IMG/VR virus record: IMGVR_UViG_3300031787_008607
Location: 1 to 64,000 of that record
Length of the DNA: 64,000 nt
Reading direction: 5' to 3' (one strand)
From: an uncultured virus (IMG/VR IMGVR_UViG_3300031787_008607)
Taxonomy: Duplodnaviria > Heunggongvirae > Uroviricota > Caudoviricetes
The position numbers and the translations under genes were made by a program. The notes under the pieces were generated by a model. The model did no database searches. It had not been told where the DNA came from and saw only the letters and a list, made by a program, of their open reading frames with translations. Shown here one piece after another: positions 42,109-50,953 of the stretch (positions within the stretch are counted from its first letter, which is position 1; every line of letters starts with the position of its first letter).

Positions 42109-42476
42109 GATAATGTTATACTTCTAACTGATTTAACTTCGTAGTCAGGAAAGAACTCATTAAATACATCTGACATAATGAATTTGCCGTGAACTAACCA
42201 AATAGGATGAGGAAAGGCTGTACCATATACATCGTCAAAGTTCCTATTATAGTATAAATCACCACTTGGTTTATTATAAACCATTACGGCGTTTTGGTCA
42301 CTATCAAATAGGTTAAGTCTTATATCATTTTCAGAATACGAGTCAACCAAATTTTCAAAATAACGAATCATTTTAGGTTTTAGTCTTTCGTATTGTTCCG
42401 TATATTCAAAATCTCTCCAAGTTCTTTCAAGTTCGGATATTAATTTATGTTGTGACTCGGTAATAATATACTTCAT
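42105..42476 (-). CDS. MKYLITES-leader family protein
   Basis: Leader. Confidence 0.75.
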   Translation of the reverse strand: MKYIITESQHKLISELERTWRDFEYTEQYERLKPKMIRYFENLVDSYSENDIRLNLFDSDQNAVMVYNKPSGDLYYNRNFDDVYGTAFPHPIWLVHGKFIMSDVFNEFFPDYEVKSVRSITLS

Positions 42477-42483
42477 GTAATAA

Positions 42484-42503
42484 TAAATATAATTATATTT
42501 ATA
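42484..42503. promoter_or_regulatory. Back-to-back TATTTAT motifs (palindrome TAAATATAATTATATTTA) between divergent genes
   Basis: Between starts 42476(-) and 42509(+). Confidence 0.6.
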
Positions 42504-42508
42504 ATATT

Positions 42509-42832
42509 ATGAACCTACAAGAGAATATAAAAAAAGTATTAAGGGAAGAAACAGATTTTTCACCAAAGTTCAAAAGAAGATTGAATAGATTTAAATCGTT
42601 TGTATGGGATAACAATGTAACTAATTATCCCTGTGATTTTGAAAACTTTGAAGCGTTCATGCGTGGTATACAACATGAAATTATGGACATGATTACAGAT
42701 GGTTCTGATACCGATGGCCCGTTGTCTGATTGGTTAAAATATAAAGATGCTGTTACGTATGTAGAAAACTACATGAGGGATGACTTAGAAAAGTTTTATA
42801 ATAAGCAATGTGTTGATGTCTTATACGTATAA
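42509..42832 (+). CDS. MNLQE-leader hypothetical protein
   Basis: Leader. Confidence 0.75.
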   Translation: MNLQENIKKVLREETDFSPKFKRRLNRFKSFVWDNNVTNYPCDFENFEAFMRGIQHEIMDMITDGSDTDGPLSDWLKYKDAVTYVENYMRDDLEKFYNKQCVDVLYV

Positions 42833-43177
42833 ATTAAGAAATTGTTCCACTGATATTCCAAGACCTGAGATACCAAAAAGTTCCATAAATTCAGACTCAT
42901 CATATCTATCACATCCGTTATTGATAATCCAAGGAATATCTGTAACATAATTCATCTGATAAAGTATATTATAACTATTATCTAATTTTATAAGATACAA
43001 CGGACCATAGTAATCCATACTAAGTCTTCTTCGTAAACCATCATCGGTAATACAGTTATCAAAAGACATCATTACATCAATTAAATCTGGGTCAATCTCC
43101 ACACGACCCGTAAGGTCAATATTAAACTTGTTTTTAATGAATGTTTTTAATTTAGATTCAGTAATTAAGTATTTCAT
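42821..43177 (-). CDS. MKYLITES-leader protein
   Basis: Start moved to leader ATG. Confidence 0.75.
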   Translation of the reverse strand: MKYLITESKLKTFIKNKFNIDLTGRVEIDPDLIDVMMSFDNCITDDGLRRRLSMDYYGPLYLIKLDNSYNILYQMNYVTDIPWIINNGCDRYDESEFMELFGISGLGISVEQFLNLYV

Positions 43178-43193
43178 TATATATAAATATAAG

Positions 43194-43604
43194 TTAACAA
43201 TTTCCTGTATTATAAACCTCAATATTATGACCTCTAATTAGACCGCCACCCAACTGATATAAAGCCTTAGAAATAACATCTCTATACATACTTCTTGTAC
43301 CTTCCTCATAGATATACCTTCCCACATTTGCAGGGGCTGGCTTAGGTATGTAGACAACCAAATTCATAGAGTCACGAGTGGGGATGATATTATAACTACA
43401 ATACATCAAGACGGTTGAGATATCATTTTCAATTATAGTTTTTGTTAGAAAGATAATATCTTCTCTTGTTCCTTTAAGACCAATCTCATCAATAATATCT
43501 TCAGGTTCCTTATCAGTCATTTTACACAGAGTACGCATACCAAATTTCTCTAATAAGGGTTTAAGAGTTTTGTTATATTGATTCTCAGTGATTAAGTATT
43601 TCAT
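43194..43604 (-). CDS. MKYLITE-leader protein
   Basis: Leader. Confidence 0.75.
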   Translation of the reverse strand: MKYLITENQYNKTLKPLLEKFGMRTLCKMTDKEPEDIIDEIGLKGTREDIIFLTKTIIENDISTVLMYCSYNIIPTRDSMNLVVYIPKPAPANVGRYIYEEGTRSMYRDVISKALYQLGGGLIRGHNIEVYNTGNC

Positions 43605-43616
43605 TATATGTAAATA

Positions 43617-43949
43617 TTAGTTATAGTGAACCCTCAAAACTTCGGACTTGCTAAAGACAACCCATTGCGCGTAACTGACTTCCATTTGTAAGGTATCCGC
43701 AACCCAATTACCGATAATGTTTTTAGAGGTGACTTCATTTAAAGAAAATAATACAGAGATGTCCTCAATTAAATTCAACGTTATCTGACCAACACCATTT
43801 TTTTTATTATATCTAATTTGGGCATGTTCATCCTCTTCTGAATTAACAAAGAATATATTACTACTTGTTTCAATCTGAATAAAGTTCTGACTATCCAAAT
43901 ATCTAAAGATTACTCTGTCTAATTGTGATTCGGTGATAAGGTATTTCAT
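43617..43949 (-). CDS. MKYLITES-leader family protein
   Basis: Leader plus shared domain. Confidence 0.75.
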   Translation of the reverse strand: MKYLITESQLDRVIFRYLDSQNFIQIETSSNIFFVNSEEDEHAQIRYNKKNGVGQITLNLIEDISVLFSLNEVTSKNIIGNWVADTLQMEVSYAQWVVFSKSEVLRVHYN

Positions 43950-43952
43950 ATA

Positions 43953-44273
43953 TTAATAATCAAAAAACATAACATCAACATCAAATGCTTTACTAAACCA
44001 ATCAGAAATGAATTTACCTGATTGCTCTTTATCAAGTGGATACATGGATGAAAACTTATCTAAAAAAGATTCATCAATAAATAATCTACCATCGCTGTGG
44101 TCAAACTCCATTAAAATAAAAAAATCAGGGCCTCTTTCAGGGCTATATATATTAATGAAATCACTATCAGATGTTCTATCATAATCTAATAATTTATTTA
44201 ACTCAGATATCATTAAATTATTTATTACCGATTTGACTTTATCTAATTGTGATTCGGTGATGAGGTATTTCAT
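43953..44273 (-). CDS. MKYLITES-leader family protein
   Basis: Start moved to leader ATG. Confidence 0.75.
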   Translation of the reverse strand: MKYLITESQLDKVKSVINNLMISELNKLLDYDRTSDSDFINIYSPERGPDFFILMEFDHSDGRLFIDESFLDKFSSMYPLDKEQSGKFISDWFSKAFDVDVMFFDY

Positions 44274-44306
44274 ATAAAATATAAATATAATCATATTTAT
44301 AATAAT

Positions 44307-44678
44307 ATGAACTTAGAAGGGACAATTAAAAGGATACTCAAAGAAGAATTCAAAAAGGATAAGATAATTGACGGATATATTACGTCATTAATTAAACCTG
44401 TTGGTCGATTTAAAGAGGGGTATAATCATGACGCTGGTAGATTTGACATCACTGACAATAATGATAATTTACGTGCTACCATATTCTATAACAAAAGAAG
44501 AGACGCAATGGAAGTTATGATTGATGAGGATATATGGAATCTTTTGTCTTCAGTGTTCTCAAGGGAAACTTGGGATGAGATAAATGATAGTTTGGTTAAA
44601 TGGTTCCAAGAAAATTACGATGAGTTAGAAGATATCTACGAAGTTAATACGTTTGATAATGCTGAATATGCTTACTAA
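44307..44678 (+). CDS. MNL-leader hypothetical protein
   Basis: MNLEGTIKRILKEE. Confidence 0.75.
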   Translation: MNLEGTIKRILKEEFKKDKIIDGYITSLIKPVGRFKEGYNHDAGRFDITDNNDNLRATIFYNKRRDAMEVMIDEDIWNLLSSVFSRETWDEINDSLVKWFQENYDELEDIYEVNTFDNAEYAY

Positions 44679-44679
44679 T

Positions 44680-45009
44680 ATGAACTTAAAAGAATCTATA
44701 AAAAGAATACTGAGGGAAGAACTATCGGCGAGAATTAAAAGAAGACTTTCTAATGATGAAATGGAAAATGAGTTTCTTGAATCTTTTGAAGATGCTTATC
44801 GTATTACAAAGAACAGAAAGGTTTTAAGTTCACATTTTTTAGATGAGTTAGTCTACACAACAATAACCGTTATGATGGATGGGGTACATTGGAGATTTGT
44901 TAGTACATTACCTGAAGATGAATTTTGGTATGATGATATACACCAAGGGTTAGAAAATCATTATAGAAAAAGAATTACACGGATGTATAATGAAAGAAAA
45001 GGTTTCTAA
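44680..45009 (+). CDS. MNL-leader hypothetical protein
   Basis: MNLKESIKRILREE. Confidence 0.75.
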   Translation: MNLKESIKRILREELSARIKRRLSNDEMENEFLESFEDAYRITKNRKVLSSHFLDELVYTTITVMMDGVHWRFVSTLPEDEFWYDDIHQGLENHYRKRITRMYNERKGF

Positions 45010-45012
45010 AGA

Positions 45013-45291
45013 TTAATTAGAGTTTAAGAATTTAAGTAATGCTCTAATATATTCGGAACGTTTATCATAGAATTCAGTATCATTATCATATTGAAAAAAC
45101 TCTTCACCTCTATGTCTATCAATGAACTTTTCAATTAATTCATAAGCGTAGTCATCTCTGTCTGCAGAATCTTCAAAATCTTCTTCATCCATAATGTAGT
45201 TATAATCATCCCTAAGTGCTTCCAATTCATCCATTGTAAACCTCCTAAGTAAAAATGCTTCTAACTGTGATTCTGTAATTAAGTATTTCAT
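45013..45291 (-). CDS. MKYLITES-leader protein
   Basis: Leader. Confidence 0.75.
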   Translation of the reverse strand: MKYLITESQLEAFLLRRFTMDELEALRDDYNYIMDEEDFEDSADRDDYAYELIEKFIDRHRGEEFFQYDNDTEFYDKRSEYIRALLKFLNSN

Positions 45292-45294
45292 ATA

Positions 45295-45591
45295 TTAAAA
45301 CATCCAGCCTGTACTTTTAACTTCCATATCTAAAGTGTTCTCAACCCATTTACCAATAAGTTCCTCTGAGTAGTTACTATCTAAACTAAATAGACTTGTA
45401 ATCTCACTTATTAAATCATAATAAATGATACACTTATGATTATATATATCATAAACAACATAGGCATAATCATCATGACCTTTTCTAACAAAATAAATGT
45501 GAGTAGTTTTATCAAGTATCTTTAGGTCCAAACCATTCAGATACTTCATAACAACTTTTTCTAATTTTGATTCTGTAATAATATATTTCAT
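45295..45591 (-). CDS. MKYIITES-leader family protein
   Basis: Leader plus shared domain ending WVENTLDMEVKST. Confidence 0.75.
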   Translation of the reverse strand: MKYIITESKLEKVVMKYLNGLDLKILDKTTHIYFVRKGHDDYAYVVYDIYNHKCIIYYDLISEITSLFSLDSNYSEELIGKWVENTLDMEVKSTGWMF

Positions 45592-45905
45592 AATATTAAT
45601 CTTACATCTATTGTTATGCCGTGAACCTCATATGGTGCAAAACCTGTATATGGGTTAAGTCCGCTTGTTTTAATACTCAAAAAATCTTTTATCGACCTTC
45701 TAATCTCACGTTCTAAATTTAATTCCTTTAGTTTATTAAGATTATAATGGTAAGGGTTGGTTATATATGAATCATCAATATGAGAAACGTAAACATCAAT
45801 TAACATCTCATCATCAAACTCACTCTTTCTAACTTTAATCTCGTCAGGAGAGTATAATGTATTAATTAGTTTTACAATTGCTTTAACCTTATGCTCAATC
45901 TTCAT
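45588..45905 (-). CDS. Hypothetical protein
   Basis: ORF; TATTTAT upstream. Confidence 0.65.
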   Translation of the reverse strand: MKIEHKVKAIVKLINTLYSPDEIKVRKSEFDDEMLIDVYVSHIDDSYITNPYHYNLNKLKELNLEREIRRSIKDFLSIKTSGLNPYTGFAPYEVHGITIDVRLIL

Positions 45906-45973
45906 ATTATAATAAATACAAAGATAAGTATAAACTCGTATAGGATTATAATGGGGAGTGGGGGAAATAATTA

Positions 45974-46270
45974 CTATTTAATTATAATTCCTTCAACTCT
46001 TCTATCCAAAGTATTCTCAACCCATCTAGCAATAACATATTTAGCATTATCAAATTCTATAGAGAAGAAATCTTTAATCTCATCAATTAACTCAAAACTT
46101 ATTCCACAGTCACCACTTCTAAAGTATTCGATTAATGTGTCGATATATTCATCATCTTCCGAATTAACAAAGTATATTGCGTTTCCTCTTTTAATCTGAA
46201 TAAAGTTCTTAATATCCAAATATCTAAAGATTACTTTATCTAATTGTGATTCTGTTATGAGGTATTTCAT
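45974..46270 (-). CDS. MKYLITES-leader family protein
   Basis: Leader plus shared domain. Confidence 0.75.
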   Translation of the reverse strand: MKYLITESQLDKVIFRYLDIKNFIQIKRGNAIYFVNSEDDEYIDTLIEYFRSGDCGISFELIDEIKDFFSIEFDNAKYVIARWVENTLDRRVEGIIIK

Positions 46271-46300
46271 TGTATATAAATATCATAAAGATAATAACTA

Positions 46301-47095
46301 TTATTGATTTAATACCTGTTCCATCACATAATTCATAACAGACATTTCTACATCCGTTGTACATTCCTTATGATTTAATACTTCTTCCACCCCTCTTGTG
46401 AAGGGTCCAGAATATGCTTCCAATGTTGATACCTTATGATTTAATACTTCTTCCACCAATGAATGTTCGGGGTATTTGAGAATGGTGGTTGTAGACACTT
46501 TAACATTATGACTTAATACATCTTCCACCCGTGTTCGGATATGAGCATTGTGAGTATTAGTTGTGGATACCTTACTATTTAATACCTCTTCCACCTTCCA
46601 AGGAACACGAACTTTAACATCGCACGTTGTGGATACCTTATGATTTAATACATCTTCCACCATCATGCTTTCAACACCGCTACCTGTCACGGTTGTGGAT
46701 ACCTTATGATTTAAGACCTCTTCCACCTCTCTCCCATTATTATACCTGCTATCATCCGTTGTGGATACCTTATGATTTAAGACCTCTTCCACCTTGTCCG
46801 TTGTAATTGGAAGTGGAATGAAGGTTGTGGATACCTTATGATTTAAGACCTCTTCCACCCAAGAAGATAGAACAGGACAAAAATCATCCGAGCTCATTGA
46901 GAATATTTGAAAAAACGAATTGAAAAAATCGTATCTCCACCATAAAGTACCTGACTCATCAAGTTCAAAGTACCAATATTTATTATCCCTATTAATGAAC
47001 CATGTAGACCCATTATAAGGAATAATCTCACAATCACCCAACTCTTTATATAGGTGTTTAAAAATAAGTTGTTTTAATCTATCTGTAATAACCAT
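46301..47095 (-). CDS. Array-bearing protein 4
   Basis: ORF; minus-strand TATATTTG promoter just upstream. Confidence 0.8.
   Translation of the reverse strand: MVITDRLKQLIFKHLYKELGDCEIIPYNGSTWFINRDNKYWYFELDESGTLWWRYDFFNSFFQIFSMSSDDFCPVLSSWVEEVLNHKVSTTFIPLPITTDKVEEVLNHKVSTTDDSRYNNGREVEEVLNHKVSTTVTGSGVESMMVEDVLNHKVSTTCDVKVRVPWKVEEVLNSKVSTTNTHNAHIRTRVEDVLSHNVKVSTTTILKYPEHSLVEEVLNHKVSTLEAYSGPFTRGVEEVLNHKECTTDVEMSVMNYVMEQVLNQ
46304..46859. repeat. CRISPR-like array 4: 8 repeats plus partial, 8 spacers
   Basis: Repeat starts 46356, 46422, 46488 (6-bp insertion), 46560, 46626, 46692, 46758, 46824. Confidence 0.9.
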
Positions 47096-47130
47096 AGAGC
47101 AAATATAGTAAGAAATTATGAACTAAACAA

Positions 47131-47199
47131 ACTCATTCCCCCATTCCACTATCGTGTCGTTCCATTCCCCTTCGGGTCATTACACTAATGGGTTCATTC
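47131..47199. repeat. Structured ~70-bp element, copy A (left of R-M pair)
   Basis: ACTCATTCC-CCCATT...AATGGG-TTCATTC. Confidence 0.6.
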
Positions 47200-47275
47200 A
47201 TTTGTTTACTTCTTAATTTTCAAAAAAAGTTTGGTTGTTAATGAAAAATTACTATATTAGTATAAAATATCGGTT

Positions 47276-47989
47276 ATGGAACAAAAAGTAATAAATGAGT
47301 TTGTGATGGATTCAATCGATGAATTAAAATCGGTTGACAGAAAGTACAAAAAATTTAGTGAACTTATGTCTAAACATAATCCGTATGAACTCTCGGTATT
47401 TTGTGATACCCCTAAAAAGATTGTTGATTTTGTAATGATTAGTCATAAACAAACATCAAGACAAACCATTATGGGTAATTTATTAGAATCAATTGCGATT
47501 AAAATTAGTTCAGTAATACTAGGAGGGTACAAATCTAAGGAAGAGTGTACCGATTTAGAGTGGGTTAATGATGATTTATTTCACTATAGAGGATGGAAGT
47601 CAAGTCCTAAATGGTGTAACGCTGACCAAAAAAAGAGAGTTAATATTAAGGTGGGGGAACTAAAAGAAAATAATGATTTCGGTAGTTTTAAAGTTCTGAC
47701 TTCTTACGGTAAGACCACCAAAAAAAATACGGAAAAAAACTTTACACAGTTATCGGGGCAAGACTCGTGGTATGAAATCAGTAACGACCCTGAGATGTAT
47801 AATAAAGTTATGATTGCCATTGTTAAACACTCCAAATATCTTAATCAGGTGATAGAGGATATTTACTCATCGAATGTTAAAGAATCGGTAGAATGGGTGG
47901 ATAGAAACTTTACAAATAAGGATAAAACAATTAATTTTATTAAAATAAATGAGTATGTCAGCGGAAGGAATAAAGTTACAGTCAGCTAA
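47276..47989 (+). CDS. Putative type II restriction endonuclease
   Basis: MGNLLE...DLE...KSSPKWCNADQ PD-(D/E)xK-like motif; adjacent to MTase. Confidence 0.6.
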   Translation: MEQKVINEFVMDSIDELKSVDRKYKKFSELMSKHNPYELSVFCDTPKKIVDFVMISHKQTSRQTIMGNLLESIAIKISSVILGGYKSKEECTDLEWVNDDLFHYRGWKSSPKWCNADQKKRVNIKVGELKENNDFGSFKVLTSYGKTTKKNTEKNFTQLSGQDSWYEISNDPEMYNKVMIAIVKHSKYLNQVIEDIYSSNVKESVEWVDRNFTNKDKTINFIKINEYVSGRNKVTVS

Positions 47990-48818
47990 TGGTAATACTA
48001 TTGAGTTATTTCATGGGGATTCGTTAGATATATTAAAATTAATTGATGATAATTCAGTTGATTTAATTGTTACGTCTCCACCATATTCTGACCAAAGAAA
48101 ATCAACATACGGTGGAATACATCCTGACAAATATGTGGAATGGTTTTTACCAATAAGTAAAGAATTACTTAGGGTATTAAAACCAACAGGTTCCTTTGTT
48201 CTTAATATTAAGGAAAAGGTATATAACGGTGAGAGACACACATATGTTTTGGAACTTATTATTGCAATGAGGAACCAAGGTTGGTTGTGGACTGAAGAAT
48301 ATATGTGGCATAAGAAGAATTCATTTCCTGGCAAATGGCCAAACAGATTACGAGATGCGTGGGAGAGATTATTACATTTCAATAAGGAGAAAAAGTTTGA
48401 TATGTATCAAGATAATGTTAAAGTTCCCATAGGTGATTGGTCTACAAAAAGATTGGCCAACCTAAGTGATACAGATAAGAAAAGAGATGTCTCCAAAGTA
48501 GGAAGTGGTTTCGGTAAGAAAATAGAAAATTGGGTAGGTAAAGAAATGGTATTACCTGATAACGTATTATATATGGCAACAGAGTCGTCTAATAAAGGAC
48601 ACTCAGCGGCATACCCTGAATCATTACCTGAATGGTTTATTAAACTCTTTACTAAAGAAGGTGATGTTGTGTTAGACCCATTTTTAGGTAGTGGCACAAC
48701 ATGTAAAGTTGCAACTGACTTAAATAGAAATTCCATAGGTATCGAATTAAATGATGAGTATTTTAATTTAACATTAAATAAGTTAAATGAATATGTGAGT
48801 AATGAAACAATAAATTAA
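47949..48818 (+). CDS. N4-cytosine/N6-adenine DNA methyltransferase (beta class)
   Basis: TSPPY before VLDPFLGSGTT. Confidence 0.93.
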   Translation: MSMSAEGIKLQSANGNTIELFHGDSLDILKLIDDNSVDLIVTSPPYSDQRKSTYGGIHPDKYVEWFLPISKELLRVLKPTGSFVLNIKEKVYNGERHTYVLELIIAMRNQGWLWTEEYMWHKKNSFPGKWPNRLRDAWERLLHFNKEKKFDMYQDNVKVPIGDWSTKRLANLSDTDKKRDVSKVGSGFGKKIENWVGKEMVLPDNVLYMATESSNKGHSAAYPESLPEWFIKLFTKEGDVVLDPFLGSGTTCKVATDLNRNSIGIELNDEYFNLTLNKLNEYVSNETIN

Positions 48819-48887
48819 CTCACTCCGATTCTTCACTGTCGTGACCATTCCACTCCACTTCGTTTTGTTCCATTAGAATCTTCATTC
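48818..48887. repeat. Structured ~70-bp element, copy B (right of R-M pair)
   Basis: ACTCACTCC-GATTCT...AGAATC-TTCATTC. Confidence 0.6.
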
Positions 48888-49536
48888 CTTAATTCATTAT
48901 TTCATCCCCCCACAACATATGATTGTATGTGTGAATCCCCCTAATAAAAGACACACACTATGAAGGGACATTATAATTCCCATATGTGAATAATCATTCT
49001 ATATACTAAAAGGTATTATACCTACAGGTATAAATGAATGTGTATGTGATAGATGATGTTATTAATTCCCCACATATAAATGGTGGATTACTAAGGGGAC
49101 AATTATGGTAAACCTGTAGGTTTATATATTATGTCCCACAATTTACCACCACTATAATTGTCCATAACATGTGTCTATATGGTAAGGGGAAATCTTAAAA
49201 ACCCCGTTGAAGACACTATAAAATACACTTCCGTTGAAGGATTCTAAACAACTAAAGTCTGTCCACGCTCATTTATTCTTACATCCTATTTTTATCTGGA
49301 AAATGTATATAGTTAAAAAAACCCTTCTAACACTATCAGGAAGACCACTTTTTTCACTTTTCATATAACCAAAAACCCCTCTCACATATACGTCAGTGGT
49401 AAAAAGTGGGAACATTTACCTATGGACAATATACATAATATACACTATATTTATAGGTGTGAATATGTCTAAAAGTGGTCAAGGGGATTATCCCCCATCT
49501 GACGTTCCCCTGACATTTTGACAAAATCAAGAAAAA

Positions 49537-49833
49537 ATGAATAATAATTTATCAACAATTCCCCCTGACGATATGTCTAACCCCATTTCAATAACTGACA
49601 TACTGAAAAATTTAAGGGTTATAACTGACCCTTTACGGGATGTTGTTGCTGTGACCCTATATTATAATGGGGAAAAGGTGGGTAAGATGGAGTATAGGAA
49701 GAGTTCACTTCCATACCAAGGGGATTTAAAGATATTAACATTGTATTCACTTACCCCTGAGTTCATGGAGTTATTCAAGGGTCAGGAAAATCCTATACGT
49801 ATTTTGGACAACCATGTTAAGGGGTTTGTTTAA
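49537..49833 (+). CDS. Hypothetical protein
   Basis: ORF. Confidence 0.45.
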   Translation: MNNNLSTIPPDDMSNPISITDILKNLRVITDPLRDVVAVTLYYNGEKVGKMEYRKSSLPYQGDLKILTLYSLTPEFMELFKGQENPIRILDNHVKGFV

Positions 49834-50203
49834 ATTGTTTCCATACAATACTTTTGTACTTTGTTTCATTCCCCCGAGCTTCCACTTCAAAGGGACATTC
49901 CCAATATCCGTTTTTCTTCATGGATGATGCGTAGTTACGTTTGATACCTCTTTGTATGTGGTGGGTGTATTCATGGATGATTGTTTTAACAAACATTTCC
50001 ATTGTCTCACATGCTGAGGGGTTAATCACCAATGCTTCAAAATCGTATTGACCATAGGAACCTGTTAACCCGTTTCTGATTTTCAGTTTGGGGAATGGTT
50101 TGTTTCCATGACCGAGTGTCTGACGTGTGATGGCTATAAGTTTCAACCCCATTCTTCTGAGCTGAGGGGTTGTGTATATATCTAATCTATCTTTGAGTTT
50201 CAT
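49817..50203 (-). CDS. Zincin/SprT-like metallopeptidase domain protein
   Basis: TIIHEYTHHIQ...PFEVEAR. Confidence 0.75.
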   Translation of the reverse strand: MKLKDRLDIYTTPQLRRMGLKLIAITRQTLGHGNKPFPKLKIRNGLTGSYGQYDFEALVINPSACETMEMFVKTIIHEYTHHIQRGIKRNYASSMKKNGYWECPFEVEARGNETKYKSIVWKQFKQTP

Positions 50204-50204
50204 A

Positions 50205-50627
50205 TTAGTCGATGTATTTGAATGTTACGTTACCCATGTATTCGTTGTTGTTGCGTGTTGGTCCTGGGATACAAGCTGCTTTGAAGAACGTGGGGATGAT
50301 TGTGTTCTTAATCAACTTATTAAAACACCAATCAGCGTGTGACTTTCTTCTTTTGAAGAACGACATTCTTGTTTGTGACCAAGAGTACTCAGATGGTATT
50401 CTATCTTCACTGAATGAGAAACCCTTCTTCTTTGCCGTCACTTCAATGTTCAACACACGAGAGTACTTTTGGTCTACCCAATTCCATCTGTCTGACTCAC
50501 CAACTGATACAATACGAATGGTCACATCACCGAAGCCATTCCAATTATCTTGAAAGGTTAAAGAGTTGGTCTTTTGTAAGTACTTCTTAACTAACTTGGT
50601 TGATAATTTGTCTTGGGTGATTTTCAT
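50205..50627 (-). CDS. Hypothetical protein
   Basis: ORF; TATATTTG upstream on minus strand. Confidence 0.65.
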   Translation of the reverse strand: MKITQDKLSTKLVKKYLQKTNSLTFQDNWNGFGDVTIRIVSVGESDRWNWVDQKYSRVLNIEVTAKKKGFSFSEDRIPSEYSWSQTRMSFFKRRKSHADWCFNKLIKNTIIPTFFKAACIPGPTRNNNEYMGNVTFKYID

Positions 50628-50953
50628 ATGGTGGTCGTTTATTGTTCTACAAATATACAACAATTTTCTTCCCCCACAAAAAAATCTTCCTTTTTTTTAA
50701 AGGCAGGGTGGAGTACACACTCCAAGCATTAATCGTGCCAGCCCTTTATCCCCTTATCGTTATAAGGTACATTTACGGGGCTAAGTTACAACGAAAATAA
50801 TTAATAAAAAATTAGGATATTAACTTTCTTCGCCGTATCTTTGTGTTGACGCTCTTCTTATAAAAAAAATATATAAGGCACCAAGCTAAGTTACGGCGAA
50901 TTTTTTAAATAAACAAATATATTATCACATAATAAATTCCTACCTTTGTAGTA

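Noticed and set aside
39519..46859. Calling the arrays canonical CRISPR loci
   Set aside because: No cas genes in the window, no AT-rich non-coding leader, repeats more degenerate than usual and entirely inside intact ORFs. Reported as CRISPR-like repeats pending protospacer evidence.
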